The notes beneath the pieces are model-generated. The model was not told the origin of the DNA and ran no database searches. It saw nothing but the letters and a program-made list of their open reading frames with translations. Source: Candidatus Micrarchaeota archaeon (lineage in GTDB: Archaea > B1Sed10-29 > JAJRYS01). Taken from it: a stretch of DNA of 64,000 nucleotides. A program made the position numbers and the translations under genes. Positions 39,388 through 47,989 of this stretch are shown piece after piece (position 1 is the stretch's first letter; every line of letters starts with the position of its first letter). The stretch lies in contig CAZXTN010000001.1 of assembly GCA_964643685.1 (NCBI GenBank), positions 34,967-98,966 on the forward strand, in the 5' to 3' direction.

Positions 39388-39942
39388 ATGAACAAAGGAT
39401 TAAGCGCTTGGCTGTTCAGCAAAATGGTAATGCTTTCATTTCTGTTAATTGTATTCAGCATCATGGGAGGGTTTCTTACAATATTAAACGAAAGAGCATT
39501 CAATGATTCAGCTTCAATACTCTGCCTTCAAGCAAGAGAATACTTGTCAGGGGTAGTGAATTCAAACGTAATAAGCGTTGAAAAAATAATGCCAATTCCA
39601 AAAGTGCTGCCAAGCGAAACAAATCAAAAAAGAAGAATGTATTACTTAGTAATAAGTTATTCCAGTTCAGACAATTCAGTTTCATTTGCAGTCACGCATG
39701 ACTTGTATCATGACCAGACATATGTCTCCTCTTCCTTGCTTTACCTGCCAAGCAATTCAGGAATACAATGGGGAAGTGGAGACTTGAGAATAAGCTCAGA
39801 TAAATACAGGTACTTAGTTATTCAAAAAAAACAAGGAGAAACCACAATTTACGCTTGCAAAGGAATAAACCCAACTACATTAAAAAACTGCATTTCAAGC
39901 CAAAGCCCTTCAGCTGAAAGTGATTCAATTGAAAGAGTTTAA
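39388..39942 (+). CDS. Pilin-like protein
   Basis: 'MNKG/LSAWLFSKMVMLSFLLIVFSIMGGFL'. Confidence 0.4.
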   Translation: MNKGLSAWLFSKMVMLSFLLIVFSIMGGFLTILNERAFNDSASILCLQAREYLSGVVNSNVISVEKIMPIPKVLPSETNQKRRMYYLVISYSSSDNSVSFAVTHDLYHDQTYVSSSLLYLPSNSGIQWGSGDLRISSDKYRYLVIQKKQGETTIYACKGINPTTLKNCISSQSPSAESDSIERV

Positions 39943-40351
39943 AAGCAAATCAAGGGGGTTCATAGGCCCGATTGGCGACGACTTGCCAAGCATAATAGCA
40001 ATATTGCTAGGCTTGTCTTTATTTTTCAGCGCATTAAGCTTTACGTTAAATGTTTACAATAACAAACTGACAGCATACAACATACTAAAAGGCACAATGG
40101 AAATAGCACATAAAGTCAACGAAAAAGGAGTAATAACTGAAAGCGCAAGCGACTTAATGCATTCAGCTGAAAAAATAGCTGAGTCATATGGGCTTGACTT
40201 CTGCATAAAAACAAAAGTAGGAAACACTAATGGAAAATCATGCACTACAGGAAACGACTGTCAAACAAGCTGGCTTCATTTCAAATACTTCACGGCATTT
40301 GAAACAAGCAACGGCATAAAACCAGGCACTTTGGAGGTATGCGCAGGATGA
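39920..40351 (+). CDS. Pilin-like protein (GTG start)
   Basis: '...KSKSRG/FIGPIGDDLPSIIAILLGLSLFFSALSF'. GTG start overlapping the upstream gene end. Confidence 0.35.
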   Translation: MIQLKEFKSKSRGFIGPIGDDLPSIIAILLGLSLFFSALSFTLNVYNNKLTAYNILKGTMEIAHKVNEKGVITESASDLMHSAEKIAESYGLDFCIKTKVGNTNGKSCTTGNDCQTSWLHFKYFTAFETSNGIKPGTLEVCAG

Positions 40352-40890
40352 ACAAAAGCAAAAGAAGAAAAGGGCAGTCTTCAATAATAGACGCTTTCTT
40401 ATTTATAATGATCTGCTCAAGCGCGGCAGTGCTAATGATTTACACAGCAGGGTTATATGGATTGAATAATTCAAAACAAGTTAGCATGGCATACAATTTT
40501 GAATTCATTAACAATGCTTTGATTTCAATGCATTACATGCAAGACAACCAGGGTGATTTTTTCTGGAGCAAGTTAAGTGAAAAGTTAATATGCGATGGAA
40601 ACACACCATGTGATGAAAAAATAGATGTTCAATCTTATTTGAATGGAGATGCTAAAGCAATTTGGGGTAACTTAACAACAGCTTCTCCTTCTTCAAAAAT
40701 ATCACTGGAATTTAAGTCAGAGGAGGACAGCAGAGACTTTTACTGCCACCCCTCATCTTCAGCAACTTTAACAGTAGCATGCACTGACTCTGACAATTAT
40801 GCAGATTACACTACTATTTTTTCAAGCTCAAGCGGATTAAAAGACAAAAACGCAGACAGTTGGAAAATAACCTTAAGAATATACTACTAA
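40339..40890 (+). CDS. Pilin-like protein with class III (KGQ) signal peptide
   Basis: 'MRRMNKSKRRKGQ/SSIIDAFLFIMICSSAAVLMIYTAGLYGL'. Confidence 0.45.
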   Translation: MRRMNKSKRRKGQSSIIDAFLFIMICSSAAVLMIYTAGLYGLNNSKQVSMAYNFEFINNALISMHYMQDNQGDFFWSKLSEKLICDGNTPCDEKIDVQSYLNGDAKAIWGNLTTASPSSKISLEFKSEEDSRDFYCHPSSSATLTVACTDSDNYADYTTIFSSSSGLKDKNADSWKITLRIYY

Positions 40891-40962
40891 AGAAAAAAAA
40901 GATAAACCTAAACAAAAACAAACGCCCTAAAAGAAAAAAAAAGACACAAGTTAATAACAAAA

Positions 40963-41106
40963 TCAGAGCAACAACATGCCTATTTGATTTACTGAGAATT
41001 CAGCTGCATTTTGAAACATCGGCTTAATAATAGCCAACAGCAAAATAGCTGCAATTGCTACAATCACAGCCAAGTAAATAGGCGTCCAATTCTGTCCCTT
41101 CATCAT
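40963..41106 (-). CDS. Miniature (47 aa) pilin-like protein with KGQ class III signal. Not in the supplied ORF track (<60 aa).
   Basis: Reverse strand translates to 'MMKGQ/NWTPIYLAVIVAIAAILLLAIIKPMFQNAAEFSVNQIGMLLL'. Same MM(K/R)GQ start as the adjacent 41188..41664 gene. Confidence 0.4.
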   Translation of the reverse strand: MMKGQNWTPIYLAVIVAIAAILLLAIIKPMFQNAAEFSVNQIGMLLL

Positions 41107-41187
41107 AAACAAATCACTTCAAGTAATAACAAAAGAAAAACAAGTATAAAAACCTTTAACAAAAACAAAAAAAAGAAAAAGAAGGAT

Positions 41188-41664
41188 TTAACTCATAGAG
41201 GCATCAGGACCGATACCTACTATACAATCTTTATTTTCATCACATGTAGCTTTAATAACTGTTTTAAAAGTGCTTGAGATAGCAACAGTATCTCCAGAAG
41301 CTGAACATCCTCCAAGTGCTGCATCACAACTAAATTTAACACTTCCTGTTCCTCCTAAAATATCTTTAAAAGAATTGCTTGAATACACAACACCTGGCTT
41401 GAAGCTTGCTTCAGTTTGGCTTACAAAAGTAGAACCAGGGTACTGAACTGCCTGCTGCAATTGCCCTTTAATCATAGTAGCTGGGTCTTGTCCAGGCAAG
41501 CTGATTCCCCCGAGAATAGCTAATAAAATTCCAAGAATAGCAACTGCTACTACAGCTGCAATCATTAATTTAAAAGTATCAAATGCTTGTCCTCTCATCA
41601 TACAAAAAACCACCTCTTTAAGATTAATTAAAAAAAAGAAACAAAAGTATAAAAAGCTTTTCAC
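41188..41664 (-). CDS. Type IV pilin-like protein with class III (RGQ) signal peptide
   Basis: 'MMRGQ/AFDTFKLMIAAVVAVAILGILLAILGGISL'. Confidence 0.55.
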   Translation of the reverse strand: MKSFLYFCFFFLINLKEVVFCMMRGQAFDTFKLMIAAVVAVAILGILLAILGGISLPGQDPATMIKGQLQQAVQYPGSTFVSQTEASFKPGVVYSSNSFKDILGGTGSVKFSCDAALGGCSASGDTVAISSTFKTVIKATCDENKDCIVGIGPDASMS

Positions 41665-41686
41665 GCAAAAAGTTAATCAAATAATT

Positions 41687-42097
41687 TTACGAAGAACAGG
41701 ATTCACCTAAGTAAACATTGCAAAGAGAATGAGAAGAACAAGTTACACTTACAGGAGTGCTTAATTTCCTAGGGAAACTGCAAGAACTACCACTGCAAAT
41801 ACGAGGATGAAAAGCATCATCATGAAAAGAAACACTTACTCCAATACTTGACTGGTAATAATTTTTTTCAATTAAAGCATGCTTGTCAAAGCAAATTGTT
41901 CTTTCAAAGCACTTGTCAGGGGCCCTTGACGCCTGCAGGACAAGAGTTTCAAGTTCTTTAAAACCAGGCGAAGGGCAGGTAATGTTAGAAGTTGCTTGGT
42001 AAATCAAGCCAAGCAAAGCCATTGCAAAAGCCAGGCCAATGAGCATTTTGAAGACAGTGAACGCTTGCCCCTTGTTATTAATTAATTTTAATTTCAT
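41687..42097 (-). CDS. Type IV pilin-like protein with class III (KGQ) signal peptide
   Basis: 'MKLKLINNKGQ/AFTVFKMLIGLAFAMALLGLIYQ'. Start overlaps the FlaJ stop (ATGA). Confidence 0.55.
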   Translation of the reverse strand: MKLKLINNKGQAFTVFKMLIGLAFAMALLGLIYQATSNITCPSPGFKELETLVLQASRAPDKCFERTICFDKHALIEKNYYQSSIGVSVSFHDDAFHPRICSGSSCSFPRKLSTPVSVTCSSHSLCNVYLGESCSS

Positions 42098-44175
42098 CCG
42101 AGAACACCTGACATTTTAGAAGCAAAGAAAGCTGAAATGAAAAAGAAAAGCAGGGCAATAGGCAGACTCTTGGCTATCACTGACTTCACTGTCAGGTCAT
42201 TGTCCCCTTCTTCTATTTTAGAAGTGAAGAATAAGAGAATTAAAGTCACTTGAATTACGTAAATTGCTATGATTATAAGGAAAGTCTGTGAAGAGGGGAT
42301 TTGTGCAAGGGCTTCTGGATTCGAGCATAAATTAACTGAACTCATGCCTCCTTCTGCCATTCCAGCACTTGAGCCAAGTTGTCCTGTTTTTCCACATGCT
42401 GATTTCATAGCGTCAATTATTATCTTCTGCAAGGCTGTTGTTATTCCAAGCACAAGAGGGCCTATGAAAAAAGCAATTGACTTCATCATTGAAGTGATTT
42501 CATCTAGTAATGACTTTATTTTTTCATTGATTTTCTGAGAATCTCTTAATTGCAGTGAAAGGGAAATAAGCGAACGCGCCGCGTGTTGAACTCCTAAGCT
42601 GATTGAATCCACTATTATTTTAAAACCTCCCCTGATAAGAGTCGAAGGCACATTTTTTAATGCGCCGTAAACAGGGTCAAACAAAGCTCCTTCTACAGTC
42701 ATTCCCATGTTGTTAATGTTTTCATCTGCCTTGTTGAAAACATCTGCTATTTCATTTCCTTTCATGAACTGGGCAGTGTAACCCATTGCTTCTTCCATTG
42801 GACGGTTTTCGCCTAAACGAGAAGCAAGGATGTAAATGGAATCCTGGAATCCTTTCTCCATTTTCATTATTTTCAATTGAATTTTTCTCTTAGCACTGAC
42901 TTGCCCAAGCAAGTAAATAGACAAGAAAGCGCTGAAGCCGAAGAAAACTCCAGCTATTCTGAAGAAATGAAAGTAAGCAGTGACAGCTTCCTTGTTCCAA
43001 GCTTCAGGAGGGGGGTTAAGCAAAGGATCTACTACAAAAGCAGACAAGGCGAAGACAATCAAGCCAACTGCAAGCGCAACTGCTATTGTAGGTACTGAAA
43101 TTTTGCCTATTTTCATAAATCCTTTTTTAGGAAGACCAGGATAATTATCTGGAATTTTAGGAGGGGTGTAGACAGGAGGGCGTTTTGCAAGGATGGTGCG
43201 AGCGAACATTACAGTCATTAAGGGAATTGCAATGTTGTACATGAGAATCAAATAAATTGTTTTTCCAAGAGGAAGGCCAGCCATGGCAGAGCCGATTGGA
43301 AGCATTATGATGAGAAGAAGAGGAAGGAGAACTCCTACATAGTAAAGGTAGACACTTGGTTGCCTCATTTCAGCAGCGTATTTTCCCATGTTTTCTTTCA
43401 AGCTTTCAAGAGTGTCGCTTACTGCTTTTTCTAATAAAATTTCTCTTTTTGCTTCGTCGACTTCAATAACTGAAGAGCGAATAACCATTAACGCGTGCTT
43501 GAATTCATCAGAGTACTTTCCCCACTTGTAAGCAAGTTCATCAAGCCCTTCTTCAATTGTGTTGAATTCCCCTACTTTTGTCTTCCATGATATTTTTTTC
43601 AAGTCATCTGCTATTTTTCCCTTACCGTGTTCAGCTGCGAAGTCAACTGCTTTCTCCAAGTTCGGCGAAAGTTTCATTGACATAACCATGTAATTGATTA
43701 TTTCAGGAATGTATGTGACTGACTTCATTTTCAAGTCCTTGGCAGCTGAAACAGGGTAGTTCTGCAAGTAAAAGGAAATGAAAAAAGGAAGAAGCAAAGC
43801 AGGCATGCCCACATACACTAAGTAAATGGTTGCGCCTGGAGGAATTACTCCGAAAACTTGGAAGAAAAGGTCAATTATTACAAATAAGAACAAGGGAATT
43901 GAAATCAAAGCACCTATGAACAAGCCAAGCATTGGAGCTGCATTAACTTCCCTTGGCTTTAAGTCCCAGCCGAGAAAATCAAGAGCAAGCTTGTAATCTT
44001 CCTTTTGAAACACGTTAGGTGCTTTGAACATTTTGCCTGCTTTTCGGCATAACTTGACATACCAGTTGCTGGATTTTCCCCTGCTTGGAGAATCTGCTCC
44101 GAAGTCGCTTTGTATTTTTTTAAGAAAATCATCTTCTTCTTGCTGCGGCGATTTTCTTTTGCTTGATTGCTTCAA
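42094..44175 (-). CDS. FlaJ/TadC-like polytopic pilus platform protein (fused two-domain form, 693 aa)
   Basis: T2SSF-like cytoplasmic domain 'MKSVTYIPEIINYMVMSMKLSPNLEKAVDFAAEHGKGKIADDLKK...LESLKENMGKYAAEM', flanked by multiple TM helices. Adjacent to an ATPase. Confidence 0.75.
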   Translation of the reverse strand: MKQSSKRKSPQQEEDDFLKKIQSDFGADSPSRGKSSNWYVKLCRKAGKMFKAPNVFQKEDYKLALDFLGWDLKPREVNAAPMLGLFIGALISIPLFLFVIIDLFFQVFGVIPPGATIYLVYVGMPALLLPFFISFYLQNYPVSAAKDLKMKSVTYIPEIINYMVMSMKLSPNLEKAVDFAAEHGKGKIADDLKKISWKTKVGEFNTIEEGLDELAYKWGKYSDEFKHALMVIRSSVIEVDEAKREILLEKAVSDTLESLKENMGKYAAEMRQPSVYLYYVGVLLPLLLIIMLPIGSAMAGLPLGKTIYLILMYNIAIPLMTVMFARTILAKRPPVYTPPKIPDNYPGLPKKGFMKIGKISVPTIAVALAVGLIVFALSAFVVDPLLNPPPEAWNKEAVTAYFHFFRIAGVFFGFSAFLSIYLLGQVSAKRKIQLKIMKMEKGFQDSIYILASRLGENRPMEEAMGYTAQFMKGNEIADVFNKADENINNMGMTVEGALFDPVYGALKNVPSTLIRGGFKIIVDSISLGVQHAARSLISLSLQLRDSQKINEKIKSLLDEITSMMKSIAFFIGPLVLGITTALQKIIIDAMKSACGKTGQLGSSAGMAEGGMSSVNLCSNPEALAQIPSSQTFLIIIAIYVIQVTLILLFFTSKIEEGDNDLTVKSVIAKSLPIALLFFFISAFFASKMSGVLG

Positions 44176-46417
44176 TTTGCCTCCTCCTCTGCACTAGTCT
44201 TTCAACCTGCTCTTTTAAAACCCATTCTTTCCAGTCTTTTTTCGCCTGCTCCCAGTCAACAAAACCCTGCGCTTGCCTCTGGTCTTCTAAAATAAGCAGC
44301 CACTTGTCATTAGCAGGCACTGTGAATTCAGCTTCAAGCAGCTGCGGAATGTTGTATTTTCTTTTCATTTCAACTAAGAAGTTCTTGGTTTCAGCGCGTG
44401 CATGAATGTCATCCCATAAGTCACTGACTTTCAAACCACGTTTTTTTGCTATGCGTGGGAACAATTCAGAACGCTTCAACTCCTCTTGGTTTATGTAATG
44501 AGTGTCTTTTTCAGCGTCAAATTGAAGAATGTTAATAAGCCCTCCTTCTTTTTCAGGGTCCTCGTACCAGTGTTTTCCAATTTCAGTTATTTCAACTAGC
44601 CTCCTGTTTCTTTTAAGAGAACCTTTGAATCTCACTGGAGCTGAAGTGACTACTACGTCAGTTGCTTTGAATGAGGTGTTAGGCACTCCCAAGTCATTTA
44701 CTATCCTGTCCCATACTGAGTAAGCGTTTTCACCGTGAATTGTTCCCATTACAACGTTTCCAACAGCACCTACTCTCATTGCTTCATACAAAACTTGGGC
44801 TTCTTTTGAACGCACTTCTCCTACTATCAATACAGAGTCACCGAGACGCAAAGCAGTTCTTAATGCTTCTTCAGGTGGCACTTCTGCGCTTGTTCTTGAA
44901 ACACTTATTGCTGACTGCGTTTTCAGCCTTTGAATGTTGTAACCTAGTTTTTTCATGTAAGGCACTGGAATTTCAAGAGTGTCTTCTTGTACAATTATTC
45001 TCGCTGATGGCAGTATTTCCAGCATTAAAGCCATGAGCATTGAAGTCTTACCAGCTCCCCTAGAGCCGTTGACTAGAGTTGATGCCTGCGCGTCTATTAG
45101 GAAAGACAGCAAGCCAGCTGCAAGTGGATTAACCATTTTAACGTCAATGAATTGAGGCAGAGTCCAAGGCGTCTGCTTGTGTAATCTTAAAGCAAGTGCT
45201 ATGCCGTCAGGGGATAAAGGAGGACCTATTACAGCTACTCTTGTTTGAAGAGCGTTTAAGTCCAAGTCCATTACTGGATGCGCTTCGTCAAAAGGCCTTC
45301 CTGAAAGCGAACGGAATCTTGAGATTATTCCCTTTGCTTCTTGTTCAGTGAAAAGCACGTTTGTCTGGCAGCTGCCATATTCTCCATGCACGACGTAAAC
45401 TGGTTTTGTGCCGAGAGGAGCGTCCATGTAAACGTCTGTGAGCTTCCTGTCTCTTAAAAGCAGTTCCATCATGCCGTAGCCGACAGTGTAACGGGTTACT
45501 ATTTTAGCTAATTGCTGTGTTTCTTTTCCTGTTATTATTATTTTGTTTTTCTGAGCTAAGTCAGAGATTGTTCTTTCGTAAATTTTAGCAAAGTAGTTTC
45601 TGATGTCTTCTGGTGTCATGAACCTGATTCCTTTCGGGCGGTAGGATGAAACAAGTTCTCTTGTCTTGGTTAGCAGGAAGTATTTTTCAGGGGACAAGTT
45701 GAATTCAGGTGGGTTGATGTAGTAGAGGAATTGTATTTTTTCAGGGTGCTTGTAAATGTTGACAGTCGCGTCTTCAACTATGTATTGGTCAACTAGTTCC
45801 ACGTTTGCAGGAGTGTGGAAAAAGACATTTGAAGATACAAACGCCGGTTTTATTTGAACTTGAAACAAGGAGTGGTAAATTGCTCTTCCTTTCGGCACTT
45901 TTCCAAGTTTTTTAAGAATAAGCTTTACTTTTTTAATCAAGGTTGTTCTTTCAAAAGCGTTGTACATGAAAGCAAGGGTTCTTAAGAAGCCGTCGTCTCC
46001 TCCTGAAGCTATTCTCTGCTTTTCTTTCTTGATTAATTCAACTAACTGCAAGTAAGCTTGAATAGGGTCTGTTCTAAGAAGCTCCTGTGCTATCATTAAA
46101 ACTTGCTGATTTCTTTCTTTAAGCACTTCTTCGCTCGCTTTTCCAAGACGGGATGGAGTCCACACTCCTTCTCTTAAGAACAAGTCATATAATTCAGCTA
46201 TTTCTTTAATCATTTTTGTCTGTTTTTCATCGTAAATGTTTTCATAAACATCTGACAAGACAATTATGTCAGGATCAGTTTTGCCTGCTTTTTCAATGAC
46301 TTCGCTCATCACTGAAGGAAAATCAGCTATGCTTGCAGAAGCTCCTTCGCCTCTGTAATCTATTATTAAATACCTCTTTCCCCCTTCTACTTTTATGGTG
46401 TAATCATGCCCAGACAT
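44129..46417 (-). CDS. FlaI/TadA/VirB11-like pilus secretion ATPase with Arg/Lys/Glu-rich C-terminal extension (762 aa)
   Basis: Walker A 'LVNGSRGAGKTSMLMAL', Asp box 'RIIVQEDTLEIP', 'VLIVGEVRSKEAQVLYEAMRVGAVGNVVMGTIHG'. Confidence 0.8.
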   Translation of the reverse strand: MSGHDYTIKVEGGKRYLIIDYRGEGASASIADFPSVMSEVIEKAGKTDPDIIVLSDVYENIYDEKQTKMIKEIAELYDLFLREGVWTPSRLGKASEEVLKERNQQVLMIAQELLRTDPIQAYLQLVELIKKEKQRIASGGDDGFLRTLAFMYNAFERTTLIKKVKLILKKLGKVPKGRAIYHSLFQVQIKPAFVSSNVFFHTPANVELVDQYIVEDATVNIYKHPEKIQFLYYINPPEFNLSPEKYFLLTKTRELVSSYRPKGIRFMTPEDIRNYFAKIYERTISDLAQKNKIIITGKETQQLAKIVTRYTVGYGMMELLLRDRKLTDVYMDAPLGTKPVYVVHGEYGSCQTNVLFTEQEAKGIISRFRSLSGRPFDEAHPVMDLDLNALQTRVAVIGPPLSPDGIALALRLHKQTPWTLPQFIDVKMVNPLAAGLLSFLIDAQASTLVNGSRGAGKTSMLMALMLEILPSARIIVQEDTLEIPVPYMKKLGYNIQRLKTQSAISVSRTSAEVPPEEALRTALRLGDSVLIVGEVRSKEAQVLYEAMRVGAVGNVVMGTIHGENAYSVWDRIVNDLGVPNTSFKATDVVVTSAPVRFKGSLKRNRRLVEITEIGKHWYEDPEKEGGLINILQFDAEKDTHYINQEELKRSELFPRIAKKRGLKVSDLWDDIHARAETKNFLVEMKRKYNIPQLLEAEFTVPANDKWLLILEDQRQAQGFVDWEQAKKDWKEWVLKEQVERLVQRRRQIEAIKQKKIAAARRR

Positions 46418-46978
46418 AAAACCACTGCATTCAAAAAACAGTTGAAAACTGCCTTGATATTCATACTAAGCATAAGTGCTTTTTATACCTTATTCTGGTT
46501 AATTTTAAAAAATTTGAATCTGTACCCATTGAAAAAAGCGACTGCAATAGCAGCTTATAAAATGCTTGAATTAATTGGAGTTAAAGCAGGTTTGGTTTTA
46601 ACAGCAGAGCCTTCAATAACAGTTGGGAAAGTGACTGCGCAGATAACTAACTTATGCGCAGGAGACTTAGAAATAGCTTTGATTACAGCTATTATTTTGT
46701 CAACTTTTGACAGGACATGGAAAAACAGGGCTTGGGGAGTCTTGTTTGCATGGCTTTTAATTTTAATTATCAACCCATTGAGGATATTTGCTGTGCTTGC
46801 TGTCGGTTACTATACTTCCTGGCAGTGGGCTGACTTCACTCATGACGTGCTGTTCAGGCTGACTTTGCTTGTCGTGATAGTTTTTTATTACTTCATTTGG
46901 TATGTAAAAAATGAAAAAATAAAGAAAAAGGTATTGAAATGGGCAGAGAAAAAGGGTTTTCATTATTCACTCCATTAA
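46406..46978 (+). CDS. Small polytopic membrane protein, possible exosortase/archaeosortase-family core
   Basis: 'NLCAGDLEIALITAIIL' resembles the exosortase 'CSG' region. 'NPLRIFAVLA' resembles the conserved N..R motif. Lacks the two-Asp pattern of prepilin peptidases. Confidence 0.35.
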   Translation: MPRHKTTAFKKQLKTALIFILSISAFYTLFWLILKNLNLYPLKKATAIAAYKMLELIGVKAGLVLTAEPSITVGKVTAQITNLCAGDLEIALITAIILSTFDRTWKNRAWGVLFAWLLILIINPLRIFAVLAVGYYTSWQWADFTHDVLFRLTLLVVIVFYYFIWYVKNEKIKKKVLKWAEKKGFHYSLH

Positions 46979-47907
46979 TCGGAACTACAATAATAGTAAT
47001 AGCAGCTGTAGTAAGCGCCATGATGCTTCAAAATGACGTGAGGATAAGCAGGGCTTTGTCAGATAGCTTCGAGCAAGCAAACCAGCAGAATGCAGCCAAG
47101 CTAGTTAAAGCAACTGCTGAAGTGACAATAAGAAAAGGAGTTGAACAGGGATTCAAAAAAACACTGGAAAAAGGCATAACAATTAATTATGAAAGTAGCA
47201 GCATTGAAGATTCTTTCAAGCAAGCAATTGAAAAAGGGATAAAGGATTACTTATCAACTGACTTATACAGCAATATGCTTGATGAAATTTCAACAAGCAC
47301 TGGATACGACGCTCAACACATTGATTGCACTGATTACGGCGGAGAAGCTGACAGCACGCCTGAAAATTGCCTTGCAAAAGGAATAAGCCACACTTCAATC
47401 ACTCTTGTAGACGACTCCTCTAATGGAAACAGGTACATGGCAGAGTTTGACATAGACAGGGACTATGAAGGAGCTTATGCTGTCCGTTTCAAAAACTCTG
47501 AAAACCAGTTTGTTATTCTTTCTTTAGAGCCTGATACAAGCGAAAGCTACCCAATTGCAATTGACGCTAAAACAATGATAGGAAACGTCAAGCAAATCAA
47601 GCAAAAGCTCGCTGTGAAAGGAGATGAAAGTTATAGGAATTTGCTTACAGGATTAAGGGACGGCGGTTTTTTCAGTGGAGTAAAGGAAGTTGACATTTAC
47701 AAAAAAGAAGGCTCAGATAAGAGGTTAATACAAATTATTTTCAAAGGAACAGAATGGGGGTTAGAGAAGGACTTTGTAATTAACTTAAAACCAAATGGAG
47801 ACAGAACTGATTACCATGTTCCTGAATGCAAATGGGATGAATCAAATGGAGTGCCAAGCTTATCAAGCTTAGATCCAAATGCTATTTTATGGAATGAATG
47901 TGATTAG
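46939..47907 (+). CDS. Pilin-like/secreted protein (322 aa)
   Basis: 'MGREKG/FSLFTPLIGTTIIVIAAVVSAMMLQ' is a class III-like N-terminus. Confidence 0.4.
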   Translation: MGREKGFSLFTPLIGTTIIVIAAVVSAMMLQNDVRISRALSDSFEQANQQNAAKLVKATAEVTIRKGVEQGFKKTLEKGITINYESSSIEDSFKQAIEKGIKDYLSTDLYSNMLDEISTSTGYDAQHIDCTDYGGEADSTPENCLAKGISHTSITLVDDSSNGNRYMAEFDIDRDYEGAYAVRFKNSENQFVILSLEPDTSESYPIAIDAKTMIGNVKQIKQKLAVKGDESYRNLLTGLRDGGFFSGVKEVDIYKKEGSDKRLIQIIFKGTEWGLEKDFVINLKPNGDRTDYHVPECKWDESNGVPSLSSLDPNAILWNECD

Positions 47908-47989
47908 TTTTAAATAAAAATACTGATTGATTAATTAAATTAAAAGCATTGAAGAAGTTTTTAAAAAAAGCAAAGGAGGAGTTTTGAAA

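Noticed and set aside
46406-46978. Prepilin (class III signal) peptidase FlaK/PibD, which would fit the pilus context
   Set aside because: No Asp residue after TM1, and the only G-D pair is in a 'CAGD' context. The two-Asp catalytic pattern of TFPP-family peptidases is not satisfied. Reported instead as a weak exosortase-like candidate.
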